DNA of 64,000 nt, taken from assembly GCA_951406725.2 (NCBI GenBank), contig OX597832.1:68138001-68202000 (forward strand). Direction: 5' to 3'. This document shows, one piece after another, positions 13,325 through 27,385 of the stretch. The position numbers and the translations under genes are program-made. Position 1 is the stretch's first letter. Each line of letters begins with the position of its first letter. The notes below the pieces were generated by a model, which was not told the origin of the DNA, made no database searches, and saw only the letters and a list, made by a program, of their open reading frames with translations. The DNA comes from Octopus vulgaris (lineage: Eukaryota).

Positions 13325-15004
13325 GGAAAATATGGATTACATGGAAATATTATTTCATGTGAGCTCTCACACAAGAAAAAGAACCTCTCATAATAATAAC
13401 AAAAATCATAAACCCGGGAGTGATTGTCTCCCCTTAAAGGGAAATTTAACCCTTTCCTTAATTCCTTAGTATACATTTTCTCGCTTTTTCTCTATCTCTG
13501 TTTCTCTCTTCCTCTCTTCGAAGGCAATTACAGGTGGCACCACCAGCAGACGCCAGTTGAATTTCCCACATATATAAAATCAATCCCAATATTTATAGTC
13601 ATATTTTTATCAACACGTATGATGATCAAAAACAATATATTACAGGTAAAATGTAACTACCTCATTTTTCCCGCGTGTATCACTGTTACTTCCTGTTTCG
13701 ACTCATTATTATAGATGACTGGTTTGAATGGAAGGTTAAGTTAGCTCTAAACATTTCCTTTTCTCCACACGGAAGAAAATAAAAGATAGAATCAGATGAA
13801 ATGTATCAACAACCACAGCCATTCGTTTATTTTAATCCCTTTTGTTTTGCTTCTTGAATTCGGATGGATTGATGAATAGAAAGAAAAGATAGCTCTGGTA
13901 TGACCAGAACTCCATTCATATAAACGTAGGAATCAAAATAGAATGGAACGCTAGTAAAACGTACATTTACACTTTCTTAGCAACAGTAATTAAATAATGA
14001 TAAAAATTCAAAATAGGTTTATTTAAAATATTTTACAATACGCCCCCCCTCCACATACTGATTAAGCTCACGCGCACTAATTTTGACTAGTAAATGATGT
14101 GTTAATTTATTATGCACAATGTGTTTCAGAGAACATATATATTCTCCTCGTGTATATTGAATGATTTCTCCCCAAATTCTCGCTTTAGTATTATATTATT
14201 CACAAAATTATGTCATTCACACATATTCTAATGCCACTTTGAGTAATTGTACCAACATATTCTCCTTTGCTGAAACAGGAACTTAAGCTACGGCACAAAA
14301 ACTGATGCGAGGTTATCAAAGCCTATTTAGAGGTGTTATTATCGAAATTGTTATAGAAAATCGAATATAAAATTTAAAATGTAATAAAGTAAAAAAACAA
14401 AGACTAGAATAAAAGGAACTAAACTAGAGATGGTCGGCAGATAAAGTTATGACAAAGAATTCCTAAAAACTAAATTAATTTTAATTAAGGAGATATCAGA
14501 AAATATTTAGTAATCTTCAGAGAAGTGTGCCTTCATGAAAACATTCAAAATATAAATCGCGAATTTAATAGTTTCAAAAAAGAAAGGACTTTGATGGAGT
14601 ATGCTTCGCGTTTAGGCTTGGTTGACAGATCCGGTTCACGACCACGAAGAGTCGGGTGCTGCGATCGAATTGTGCTCGTGTGTGTTACACCATAATCTGT
14701 TGACAAATGCTGTGTGAGGTCAGGTATAGAGGCATGCACTTTGCAACACAACGCTGCAGATAAATAGACGATTGCTTGTTTTAACTTTAAGTTATAATAA
14801 AACAATGTCTGTATTAAACTTATGGATAATTTAGCTTTGTTTGTAGAGTACAAATTTCTTATTTAACAATAATAGTATTGATAATGAATTTGAACGTTTG
14901 GCCAGCTAAGCCATCATCCACCTTCGAAGTCACTGTCAATAGCATTCTTGTTGAAGAATAATTTATATGAGTGTGTTTACATGTGTGTGCATTAATATTG
15001 CTTT

Positions 15005-15210
15005 CTAATTAAGGAACAAAGCCAGCAATCTCGGTGAGGTGTAAGTCGATTACATCGACCCAAGTAATTAACTGGTATTTATTCTATCGACCCCGAAACG
15101 ATGAAAGGCAAGTTAATCTCAGTGGAATTTGAACTCAGAACATAAAGACGGACAAAATGCCACTAAGCACATCGTCCGACGTGCCAACTATTTGGCCATC
15201 TCACCACCTT
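15005..15210 (-). mobile_element. Family-A SINE
   Basis: aagtcgattacatcgacccaagt..aactggtatttattctatcgaccccgaaacgatgaaaggcaag...ggaatttgaactcagaac...ctaagca. Confidence 0.8.
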
Positions 15211-15430
15211 ATTATATATATATTCATATTACTCACGGTAAACATTATTATGGACCCATTACAATCGATTTTACCTATCTATGCACTGTATACTTCGATT
15301 AATGTACACACTTCTTTAACAGTTATACGAATGCCTCATTTTTCAGACTTATTTTTCTTAGACGATTACGCATACATAAAGACATACTTACATGCATATA
15401 TGCCTAAATACATACGCGTATGTGTGTGTA

Positions 15431-15465
<35 letters not shown>

Positions 15466-15481
15466 TTATCATTATTATTAT

Positions 15482-15534
<53 letters not shown>

Positions 15535-17415
15535 ATTGTTGTTGTTGTTGTTGCTGTTGTTTCTTGTTACACAATTTCACTGATTCGCTGCATGTAATCT
15601 TTGACACCGCTAAACGTTACGTTATAAATCTTTATTAGTTTCAGAACTTTACTAATCTCTTCTTGGATGCGACATGGCCAAATGGCTGCAAAGTTCTCTT
15701 TCGAATGACAGGTCCCCTGTGGAAAGACTCTGTGTGGTATTGGGGAAAGTTGTGTTTTACCATAATCCTGAGTCAGTCTAAGCCTTGGCAATGAAATTGA
15801 TTAAACAAAAACTATGAGAATTCCCATTGGATAAATTTTCATTAAAGAGACCATAGACTACTGATGCATTTCAATGAGCTGGTAGTTCAGTTGTTCGAAC
15901 AATTGCATACTCATCGTCGAAGGCGACGGCGATCCGTTTCTTTGTTAGTTTCTTATTTATTTATTTCCAAGTCTGGTTCTGTCGTGTAACTCTATAGAGA
16001 AATGCGCTTTAATGGTGACCACCCTTGGGTGAGATTTGGACATTTGTGACTACACTCTCTGGTTTTCCTTTATTTATCTTTCAAATTTGTTAAGAATAGC
16101 AGTGTCCATAAGATTTAATTTATTAGTTATTTCCAAATGTAAAATGTTCCACATGCGACCACCCAAGCAGCATTTCTGTGCGTATTCATAACTTCAGTGT
16201 CCAGATCTTACTTTTACAGTGTCAGTTATAGCGGTAAGCTTAAGGTAATGAGTGTGGTTGACACAGGTTTCAGACAGAGTTACCCAACTTGTCAATCAGA
16301 CAGAGCAGTTTGTGACATTTTGACGGAAAGCTAAGTTTGGGAGAATTTTTTTGTTTTTGCTATTTTACCCTGTTGAGTGACCAAGTGAGTAAATAGAAAC
16401 TCTATTGCTGGTTTTCTAGTTGGTTCCTTCGTCTGGTCAAAGATTCTGGGCTTCGTTGCCGAAATATTTCCGTCACATCCGTCACACTTTAGTAGCTTAT
16501 TCGGAGAAAATCATCCATGGGGTGAAGCATAAATTACAAAAAAAAAAAAAGAAAAGAAGAAAGCAAAACATCGCATCAACAATATTTCTCATGCATTCTA
16601 GCATAAAGTTTACAGAATTAATTCTCCCTGCTATATTAAACATGTTAAACATTAGTCTTGAAGAATAGCCTGTAATTTGTGCGACATTGGTTATTTAAAT
16701 TCAACTTAGAAACACAAAAGGAAAAAAAAATCGATTTTTTTTTGTTCTGCATAATACAGGAAGCATACGGAAAATAATCGAGACCCATAAAGGATAAAAT
16801 TAATATATTCAAATTTATGCAATCTGGAGTAGAGGGAAAATAATATTGCGACTTTAGTCACAATGTCAATATTGAAATATTTGAAGAGTTACCCAAATTC
16901 AAAACAAGTATTGCATACACACCTCTAATAAAAATGAAGCCAAGGACAGGATTTAATGAGCGCAATTGTGCGATCGTGCAGGAATAAAAAATAAAAGACA
17001 GAAGATGAGAGACAGAACTAAATCTGAAACCGGAAAGTTCTGATAAGAGATTCATTTGTCGGAAATGACCAAAAGCTTTGCTTATGGTGAGGTAAACACC
17101 ACCACCATCAAAATTGTTGATTAAGAGAGCTTGAGTGAAATACGAGAATACATCTGTTCAAATTTATTTTTGTATTGTGATGATAGTAGAATATAATGAT
17201 ACACTGATTATGACAATAAATTTGAATATAAGATATTCACCGAAATCTATACACTCTGTAAACTCTATCTTATTTATAGGGTTTACAATTTATTTGTTTA
17301 TATTTTCCGATAGATTTATGAAATCCTGACATTTTTAAGCGTAAGAAAGAAACTGCAAGTTGGTTATGTCAGTCTCAGCGACATAAGCACAATTACATAG
17401 ATCCTCGTGCGAAAC

Positions 17416-17771
17416 CAGAGATGCACATATCGTCAGCCACTAAGGGACATGCTCAACTGGTTAAGGTCAAACAACTGACAAGCAAATCTGTGGTATTGAG
17501 CAGAATATTTGCTGTAGCCCATCTTTTATACCAAGACATTATTATTATTATTATTATTATTATTTTATTATGGAAGCGAGCTGGCAGAATCACTGGACAA
17601 CATGTGTTTTTACATTCTGGTTTAAAAAATCCACCGAGGTCCACTTGGCCTTTTTCCAGGTTTGATCAAATAGATCAAACCTGGAAAAGGCCAAGTGGAC
17701 CTCGGTGGATTTTTTAAACCAGAATGTAAAAACACATGTTGTCCAGTGATTCTGCCAGCTCGCTTCCATAA

Positions 17772-17816
<45 letters not shown>

Positions 17817-17956
17817 TATAATAATAATAATAATGTCTTGGTATAAAAGATGGGCTACAGCAAATATTCTGCTCAATACCACAGATTTGCTTGTCAGTTG
17901 TTTGACCTTAACCAGTTGAGCATGTCCCTTAGTGGCTGACGATATGTGCATCTCTG
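17416..17956. repeat. Near-perfect ~540-bp palindrome (fold-back duplication) centred at 17668-17672
   Basis: Centre is aggtttgatc-aaata-gatcaaacct. The arms are identical apart from the (ATT)n length and a 1-nt indel, and the mirror ORFs 17421+/17622- translate the same peptide. Confidence 0.95.
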
Positions 17957-18326
17957 ATCACGAGCAGAAGTAGTGGGGGAGCATCATAGCCATGTGTTGA
18001 GAGGGATTCTTTGGGGTTTGAATAATTCACCTCTGGAAACATGGGTGGTTCTTTCAACATCCTTAAACAATCCTTATTCAGGGACCTTTTGAGCAGGATG
18101 GGCTACTCGACCTGAAGAAAATTCTAACTGGGCCCCACCTGCAAGGTCATGTGCTGTTTATCTTGATATGAGATCACCATGTCGCGCACATATGGTTGTG
18201 ATGCATGTGCCTGGTGTACCTTTATCAGACGGGTAGTCATGATGTACCTTTATCAGACGGGTAGTCATTGGGCTTCGTATATTTTACCCCAGTGTCACTT
18301 TGATGGCATGCACTGCTCTCTCACTC
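17834..18326 (+). mobile_element. ~500-bp (TAA)n-associated retroposon 3' segment (probably R4/Dong-related 3' end or non-autonomous derivative)
   Basis: Highly similar to 28310-28814. Both copies have the same 3' end (gctctctcactc-aataat...), different 5' ends, and (AAT)n on both sides. Confidence 0.75.
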
Positions 18327-18374
18327 AATAATAATAATAATAATAATAATAACAACAACAACAGTAACAATAAT

Positions 18375-18770
18375 TTCAAATTTTGGCACAAAGCCAGCAC
18401 GTACATGGGAGGGGCTAAGTCGATTGTACCAATCCCAGTTCAAATGGTACTTATTTTATCGAGCTTGACGGGATGAAAGGCAAAATCGAACTCGGTGGAA
18501 TTTAAACTGAGAACATAAAGACTGCCAATAAACATTTTGTCCGGCGTGCTGACGTTTTTTTTCCACTCTGGTACAAGACCCGAAATTTGGTGGGAAGGGA
18601 CTAGTCGAATAGATCGACTCCAGTACGCAACTGGTACTTAATTCATCGACACCGAAAGGATGAAAGGCAAAGTCGATCTCGGCGGAATTTGAACTCAGCA
18701 CATAAAGACAGAAGAAATAATGCTAAGCATTTCGCCCGGCGTGCTAACGTTTCTGCCAGCTCGCCGCCTT
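18375..18770 (-). mobile_element. Two tandem family-A SINEs
   Basis: Core ...atcgacaccgaaaggatgaaaggcaaagtcgatctcggcggaatttgaactcag; head ctaagcatttcgcccggcgtgctaacgtttctgccagctcgccgcc at 18722-18769. Confidence 0.85.
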
Positions 18771-18779
18771 CATGGATAA

Positions 18780-20237
18780 TAGAAATAGACAAAAGAATGA
18801 AGGGTTACCACCAGAATAGGTTATTCACAGTAAATCAGAAGATATTCTAGAAAGAAAGAAATGGAGGGTGAACAGATAAAAATTTGATACCAGATAACAT
18901 TGAAAGTCAAAGGTTTTTGGAGCGCAAGAATGATGCTGAATGATTGCAAGAACTGAAACAAACAGTAGTCTGTCCAAAACAGGCAGAACTAGTCATTTCA
19001 GTTAGGGAAGTGAAGGAAATCAGCCAAAAAATGAGCAACTGGAAGGCCCGAGACCAGATGGAGTTCAAGGCTACTGGATCAAAAGATTTGGTGAATGTCA
19101 TGCACGAATAGCTGCGCAACACAACACCTTTTCATTTGGCGACCAAGCAACACCAGAGTGGTTGACATTGGGTAAGACAGTGCTGTGCCTGAAAAACATC
19201 GTAAAAGGCAATACGGTAGACAATTACAGGCCGATATCCTGTTTGCTACTTATGTGGAAGTTATTCACTGAAATTCTCGCAGAGTCAATGTACGAACATC
19301 TAGAAAAAAATGGAATCCTGCCACATGGGCTGAAGGGTTGCAAGCGTAAGTGCAGGGTGATTAAGGATCAACACCTGATAGATAAAACTGTACTCAGTGA
19401 CTGCAAGAGGAGTAAAAGTAACTTAGCCATGTCATGGATCAATTATCGTAAGTTGTACGATATGAACTCACATTCTTGGATTATGGAGTGTATGAACCTG
19501 TTTGGGATTGCATCGAATGTTGAGCGATTGCTTGGAAAAAGCATGGCGAATTGAAGGACGGACTTGACAGCATACGGAAGAAGTTTAGGGACAGTAGAAA
19601 TTAGGAGGGGCATCTTCCAAGTGGACTGCCTGTCCCCACTGATCTTTGTACTGTGCTTGATACCACTGACACTGAGTCTGAGGAAAGCAAAAGCTGGGTA
19701 TGTATTCAAAAGCCACCTACAAAAAGTCAACCATTTGTTATTCATGAATGACTTCAAACTTTATGATAAAGATGAAGCCCAAGTCACTTCCCTCGTTGAT
19801 ACGGTGTATACCTTCAGTGCTGACATCAGAAGTGTGGTGTGTTAGCATTGAAGAGAGGCAAGATTAAATGTATGGACGGACTAACGATATCGTCGGGGGA
19901 GGTTATGAAGCAGATAGAAGAGACGGGCTATAAGTACTTGGGGATTTTGGAAATGGATAAATTGATGGAGAAAGAAATGACAGAAAAATTTAAGGTGGAG
20001 TACTTAGGCAGACTGAGACTAATCCTTAAGTCGAAATTAAATGGACGGAATAAGATTAAAGCTATCAACACCTGGACAGTTTCACTCCTTAGATATGGAG
20101 CAGGGGTAATCGCATGGAGAGTAGAAGAACTAAACAGCTTAGACATAAAGGTAAGGACGTTGCTAACTAGATACGGGTCATTCCACCCAAAAAGTGACAC
20201 AGACAGACTGTTTGTACCAAGAAAAAGAGGGAGAAGC
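18780..20237 (+). pseudogene. R4/Dong-clade non-LTR retrotransposon reverse transcriptase fragment (stops and frameshifts)
   Basis: QNRLFTVNQKIF; NYRPISCL..WKLFT; KGCK..KDQHLID; RGIFQVDCLSPLIF; VNHLLFMNDFKLY (YMDD-like); GYKYLGILE; LNGRNKIKAINTW..LLRY; HPKSDTDRLFVPRK. Confidence 0.9.
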
Positions 20238-20271
20238 GTATGTATGAAGAGGATGTATGTATGTATGTGTG

Positions 20272-20305
<34 letters not shown>

Positions 20306-20607
20306 TGTATGTATGTATGTATGTATGTATGTATGTATGTAGTTATACTCGACACCAATGAGGTACCTTTACAAATAAGAGTTTAATACCAGGGTAAATA
20401 ACAAGGAAAATGTCATTGAAATTTCTGTTAGAATCCATAAAATACTAACTTAAGCATATTTTCCTATTTCATTCTTCAAACATCCATTATGATGTACAAT
20501 GACGGAATAGATTCTAGACAGATTCATTTTTTCTGCTCTAATATCAATAACAAATTCATAACAAGTGTTTTTAATGAAACTATAACAATCAATCGTCTGA
20601 TAATAAC

Positions 20608-20666
<59 letters not shown>

Positions 20667-23600
20667 CAAGTAGTCTAATAATGTCAGCGTTGCCAACTCA
20701 GTTTTATAGAGACAGATAGCAGAACCATTTTAGATAACAAACTACAGTTGTCTGTGTTTTTTGATTAATCATAGTGAACTGCACAATGGAATATTGCCCG
20801 GATGTCTTAGACTGTGCTTTTACTACACATACAGTCACATGATGACTGTATATATTTTTTCGAATGGTTGAACAAGCTACAACCTCTCGCCGACCGACTC
20901 TCTCTCTCTCTCTCTCCTCACACTTCCTTATTCTACCCCAAGAGGGGCATCTTCTTGCTTGATTTCAAGCTATATTGACTCATGGTCCACCCAACCCACT
21001 CGTTTCCCCTTCTTTCGCTACCCATTTTTTACCCACCACAACACTCACTAGTCACGTGCTCCAGTCTTCTTTCTTTGAACATACGTTATTTGTATTTCTC
21101 TCTCTGCTTGTTTACGAGCCGCAACTGTGAACATTATAGGAGAAACCTTCACCTGACTCGAACCCTCCAATGAGGAAGAGTTTAAAAATCTATTGGCATT
21201 AATACCGTTCTCTATGAAGATAAGAAATCCTATATGTCTTTCTTCTGCCGAGTATTGCTTTGCATAGAATAATGTTCATTGCTTTTTTTTTTAAATTTTG
21301 TTTTATAGTTAACAATACATTTATGTAAAAAAATTATTGTTCTTGTTTAGCCCAGGACACAATAACGCAGAAATATGATCAAATAATTTCCAGCCTTGAC
21401 TGTCTCTTGTAATTAGGAGTATATTAGCAAACCCAATGTCTTTAATCTATTTTCAAAAAATAGTATTAGCTTCGATTTGAGGGCGATATGACAGCTACTT
21501 CTAGTAGGTCGTTCACCCATAGAGTTCCATCGCCACACCCGACAAAGCACTTTATGCAAGTTGGTTCTCTTTCTTTTGCATTGTATTCTACATTTGCAAT
21601 AAATTCTTTTGAACTGTTCCAGTTTATGAATTTATATTAAATTAATAAATTTATGAAAACAACCTTTGAATACTTTCATAGTTTTTATAACTTTTCCTCA
21701 ATATCACATTGGCTATCGCCATAAACAACAACAACAACAGTTCAAGCCATATTAGCATCAGTATCAGCAGCAGAAATAATATCAGAGTCTTAAGAAGGCA
21801 CCAAGCAACATTTTCATTAGTTAGTATTAAAAAGCAATAAATTATTCCTCGGGTAGAATTATGTTTATTTAAATATTTAATTAGTCTAACTAGGTTAATT
21901 CTTGCTCGTTTAAGCAAAATGTTTTAATATCTCAAAGGTTTGGAATTTTATATTGAAAATATGAAAAGAGATAAAGAGGCCCAACAGACACTGAGCCACA
22001 AACAAAACCAAAAATTATTTCCAATTTATTTCAGAGGGAATTTATTATTCATTTTCAACAGCTACTCTAAATGTTATAATTTATTACATTTCCATATTAG
22101 ACTCAAGAGAGAGAGAGGGGGGAAGAGGGACAGAGAGAGGGAAAGTAAAAAAGAGGAAAAGTTGCGTATATACAAGATTTTAAATACTGATAGCGATAGC
22201 GAGATACGAATTTCAAACTTCCTCTGCTATTTTCAATTTCTTTTTATTCGACTTGTTTAAAATTTGTCTTCGAACTCTAACTAATCTGATATAATTTTTG
22301 ACAAATTATATCAATAATCTGATGTATTTTCCTTATGAAGTATTTTTATGTCGGTTGTGTTGGTCAGACTCAGGCCAGCGTTAAACCAACAGAGCCATGA
22401 AAGAAAGCATTCCAACCATGGCTATCAATCTTTACTTTTTAGTCAATGAATGTTAATGGCTCCTTTTTACTGTTGAGAATGTACATTTGCATGTTATTTC
22501 TAGCAAGTCACGAAAAAAAAGACTATTGCATTAACTCCATGTGGCCTTAAATATTTAACCATAACGATTAAAAATGCAGTATCAAAACCAGGGAGTGCGA
22601 TGGGGATGATGGAGAGCGGTTCCACCGGGTGACATTTTAATAGGGGAGGTAGATTTGGGGTTTGTTAATTACGTAAACACCAGGTAATCTCTTGGAATAA
22701 CTAAATCAATCCCTGAACAGACGTGTTGGCGAGGAAAAATTGTTTTACGTTGATGATAAGATAGGTCCTAGTAAAGTGTGAATTTCCGCGACCCTCCCAC
22801 TAACTGTGCAGCCTGATGCTTACTTTATAGCGAAGGGTAACTGAATGTAACGACAGACAGCTAATACATTAACACAAACACGCAGACACACGTATATCGA
22901 CCTCTATAGCTAAATGGTAGCAATTATATCAAATCACCCCAGTGTATTACTTTTAGTATATTCTATTAACTGATTAAATAGTATTGACATTGTATCTGTG
23001 AAGCGTCTGCCCCTGAGATCGCTCCTGCTGCAATGCTAATATGTATTGTTAAGAGGTAAAAATAGCTATACATAATAACACGATTAACTTATCCACAATT
23101 CTTTAAAAATAACTCAATGGGATTAGAAGATAGTGTGAATTTCTTGTTAATATAAACCATATTTTATGTGTTATAAACCTGTTATCAGCTGGAAAGAAAG
23201 TTATCGGCGATATGAGTGAATAGGTAGATTTCAATCTTTTAAATAGTTTTTAAAAAAGAATGATAGACGAAAGAAGCAATGATTGGAAAGGACAACTTTA
23301 ACAGCAAGGTAGGAGATAGCTTTTGATTAGTAAAAAGGGTTTCGTAGATTCTACAGAGAGTGGGAACTTTAATTTTGGAAACGCTGGGAGCAAGAGACAT
23401 AATAGAAAGAAAGAGAGGAAATGAGAGTGAGGGGTGGTAGCGGCAATTGGAGTGGAAAGAAGTGGATTCGACGAGTAAAAAAAATCTCATTAAAGTTTGC
23501 TTATATATTCGGCAAGTACAGTGGAGTTGAGACGGTAAAATTCATTTGAAATTTAAATTAACTAATTCGATTTATAGCTAAGAGTCAGAATAAGCCAAAG

Positions 23601-24016
23601 GTTGTTTATATATATATATATATATTTAATTATGTCTGAAAAAAATCCACGCAGTTGGATATTAATGTGGTTATTTAAATATTTAATTATATGTAAACAT
23701 TCATTCGATTTGGCAGTTTATTTTATATTTTCTGAGCACACCCACGTTTTAGATATGTTGTTAGCAATTTACTGGAGTACGACTTTTTTTCTTTCTTTTT
23801 ACTAACAAAATAAAACAAGCCATTGCCAGTGAGTGAGCGGTTCACTATACCCATTCAATCATTGGCGTACTTTTAACAGGTGTGTACAGAAAGAAAATAC
23901 ATAACAATACGCATCATTATAAAATATAATCACTGCTAATAATATATATGTGTGTGTGTGTGTACGGTTATATATATCTACACGCACATGTATATATATA
24001 TATATAATATACATGC

Positions 24017-24047
<31 letters not shown>

Positions 24048-24088
24048 TATAATATATACACATATATATACAAATATATATATACATA

Positions 24089-24130
<42 letters not shown>

Positions 24131-24198
24131 CATATATATAATATCTATTATATGTATATATATATGTATATATATCTATTATATGTGTATATATATAT

Positions 24199-24324
24199 AG
24201 GCGCAGGAGTGGCTGTGTGGTAAGTAGCTTGCTAACCAACCACATGGTTCCGGGTTCAGTCCCACTGACGACCAATGCCTTGTGAGTGGATTTGGTAGAC
24301 GGAAACTGAAAGAAGCCTGTCGTC

Positions 24325-24386
<62 letters not shown>

Positions 24387-24605
24387 TTGTGTGTCTGTGT
24401 TTGTTCCCCTAGCATTGCTTGACAACCGATGCTGGCGTGTTTACGGTCCCCGTCACTTAGCTGTTCGGCAAAAAGAGACCGATAGAATAAGTACTGGGCT
24501 TACAAAAAGAATAAGTCCCGCGGTCGAGTTGCTCGACTAAAGGCGGTGCTCCAGCATGGCCGCAGTCAAATGACTGAAACAAGTAAAAGAGAAAAGAGTA
24601 AAAGA
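24199..24605 (+). mobile_element. tRNA-derived SINE, family B (octopus OR-like, CR1-type 3' tail) with internal (TA)n(TG)n
   Basis: A box tggctgtgtgg, B box ggttcagtccc, 3' tail ggcggtgctccagcatggccgcagtcaaatgactgaaac-aagtaaaagag. Matches 31915-32325 apart from an internal deletion. Confidence 0.88.
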
Positions 24606-24691
24606 GAAAATATATATGTATATATACATATATATATGATATATATATACATATATATATATATATGTTATATATATACATATATATAAAA

Positions 24692-24732
<41 letters not shown>

Positions 24733-24895
24733 TATCTATACAATAATATGTTACATTACTCGATAGTCAAGATGAAACTCAGAGTTTTATCTTGACTATC
24801 GAGTAATGTAACATATTATTGTATAGATAAATTTCCTGTATTTACATAATATTGAGGTCTCTTTCTTTCTTTTGTTATCTTACCGTTTTACCAAT
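24733..24895 (+). mobile_element. Minimal insert in (TA)n: 48-bp-arm hairpin plus a 65-bp tail
   Basis: 24733-24780 is the reverse complement of 24782-24829 with one mismatch. Confidence 0.8.
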
Positions 24896-25114
24896 ATATA
24901 TATATATCATATATATATATCAAAATGTAACCACATGTGAATCGTTTGCGATTTTCTTTCTCCGTCATCCTTTCTATTTTCTATTGGCGTTGCTCGAAAA
25001 GTTAAACCATCTTTCTTTCGTTCTCTGAGCGTCTGCTAATACTTTACATGTACCGCGTCCTGACGTCGTTGCGTTTTTGTGTTAGTTGTTCTTCTTTTGG
25101 GGGATTTACTATAG

Positions 25115-25149
<35 letters not shown>

Positions 25150-25159
25150 CATCATCATT

Positions 25160-25694
25160 ATACCAGTTTCAGCTGAAAGCTGTGGCCATGCTGGGGCACC
25201 GCCGTTTTGCTACACTTATTATTGAGAGCCTTTTCTGATATATATCATTCAATGAATAAGGGATTTTGATGTAGTTACCCTCATTTGCACCTCTCGCCGC
25301 GTGGTAGGTTCATGTGAGACTCTCGACAAGAAGAAATCGAGTTTTGATTTGAAAACACCTACATCCACTTTGTGTAGGTCCCTCGCGTTCTTTGGGAGAA
25401 TATTAACAGCCTGAAATCTAGGCTGTTGCAGTAACTGATCCTGGAGCGCGACGGCATTGCTGGGATCTTTGGCACTGTGCAGTGTCAGCCCGTCCTGGCA
25501 TTTGTGTAGCCTTCAATGCCAAAATTTGGCACAATCCTTTCCAGGATCTTCCAGATGTATATCATTGCATATCTCTCATCTTCGCTCCAGGGAATACAGT
25601 CTTAGCTGTTTCAGCATTCCCCAGTAGCTGAGCTGTTGCAATGAAACAATCCTCTTTGGGAAGCTTCGCTGGATTGCTTCAAGGTCCGCTGTTA

Positions 25695-25697
<3 letters not shown>
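25160..25697 (-). mobile_element. CR1-like LINE 3' fragment
   Basis: Homologous to 54590-55140 (YIWKILE..VPNFG, GPRFQ, DEPT). 3' tail ggcggtgccccagcatggccacagctttcagctgaaac. Confidence 0.85.
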
Positions 25698-25764
<67 letters not shown>

Positions 25765-26949
25765 TATATATATTTGTTTTTTTTTTTAATACGCACACGA
25801 TAGTTCAGATTGATTTTATACGGCAATAAAGTATTATATACACCATCTGAATGGAGATAAACGTATTTAGTTTTAAAATACATTTTAAGATCTTGTCTAT
25901 TGTGCACAATCACTTCTATTGTCAAATGAAAATGATGAAAATGTTCGTCTAGATCTGTTGTATGTATAGGAGTAGAAAAGAAAAAGGTTGGTAACAATGA
26001 GTCTGCAAGTTTTATACAACTGAATAGAATTAAATAAATATATGATTAAATAAAAATTCAACCGAAATAAAAATTTAAAACGCAAACCGACTCTTGAGTC
26101 GTTGTTATCATTATTATTATTAGCATCTATTTTTGTGTTTTTGTAATGAAAAATAGATTAACATTTTTAAGAGCACATATAAATAATATTTTTGCGTATT
26201 GCTTTATATAAAAAGTCAGAAAATTATAATAATTCAATGAGTAAAGAGACTAATTGAAAGTTTATTAAAGATGCCAATCAAAATGAAAATAAAGCAATAA
26301 TTGGTGGTTTTGGATCAAATCTGCTCCAAGTAGTTTCTAGATACACAGATACCGTCACACTGTTACATCAAAGACAAATAACCACAACAAATATTGCATG
26401 CTACTTTTATTTTTCATTACCACAGTATGATGGCTGAGTAGCAAGGAGACATAGAGGAGGGAGTGGGGAGATAGATGGGGATAACGCGTTAAAGGCAAGA
26501 AGATGGGTGACAGGCAAGGTGACATAGTGGAGAGAAAGGAAAGGGAGGGAAAAGAGGGAGAGAGAGAGAGAGAGAGAAAGGGAGGATACAGACAGTTAAA
26601 GAGATAGATTGAGTGAAGGAAGTGGAGAGAGAATAATACTGAAAGAGAATGAAACCGTTCTCATATCGTCATAGACAAAATGCTGCAAAACTTTTCCTTT
26701 TCGACGATATATGATAAAGCAGCTGAAAATATGGAAATTGCAAAAATAAATGTGGCCTATCTGCCTATCTATCTATCAATCAGACCGTTATTGTGTCTAT
26801 TTGCCTCGCTCTCTCACTCTCTCTCACCAGATAGCTGTGGATGTTACTGTTGCTTTTCTACCATTGAAGGGAGAGGTACAAAGAAAAATATAAATAAAAG
26901 GTGTTAAGCAGAAGAGGTATAGTTCAAATGAGTTGTGGGCGACAGGCAA

Positions 26950-27385
26950 CAGGGGCTGCTAAGAAATCTTTCCATCAGTCAAACAGTATGTAATGGAACT
27001 CGCATGAAAGTGCAAAGACTTCATGAACATTGTGTAGAGGCATCATTGGTAACATGCTCCAACAGAGGTCGTACAGTTCTAATTCCCAGAATTAAACTTA
27101 GCCCAGGTGAAACAAATATTCCGTTCACACTAACTAGACTTCAGTTTCCACTTCGACTTGCATATTCAATGACAATAAATAAGGCACAAGGGCAAGCATC
27201 TGAAAAAGTTAGGATACGTTTGACTTAACCGGATTTTCTCGTGGCCAATTGTATGTCACATTTTCAAGAGCACGAGTTATGACCAATATCAAAGTAAGAG
27301 TTATGACACTGAATTGGGATCAGAGACAAGGCCGAAAACGTGGTGTGGCATACACACAAAATATCGTCTACTATGAAGTACTGCG
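26950..27385 (+). pseudogene. Helitron RepHel C-terminal PIF1-like helicase fragment
   Basis: LLRNL...CNGTRM...LIPRIKL...FTLTRLQFPLRLAYSMTINKAQGQ, then after a stop and frameshift GQLYVTFSRAR...TQNIVYYEVL, the typical Helitron helicase C-terminus. Confidence 0.88.

Noticed and set aside
14545-14760. Possible minus-strand exon (acceptor tttatctgcag; LCCKVHASIPDLTQH...)
   Set aside because: No recognisable domain, donor site or partner exons.
16220-16233. 14-nt micro-exon candidate (ttttacag|...|gtaagc)
   Set aside because: Such splice-like pairs arise by chance in 64 kb, and there is no gene context.
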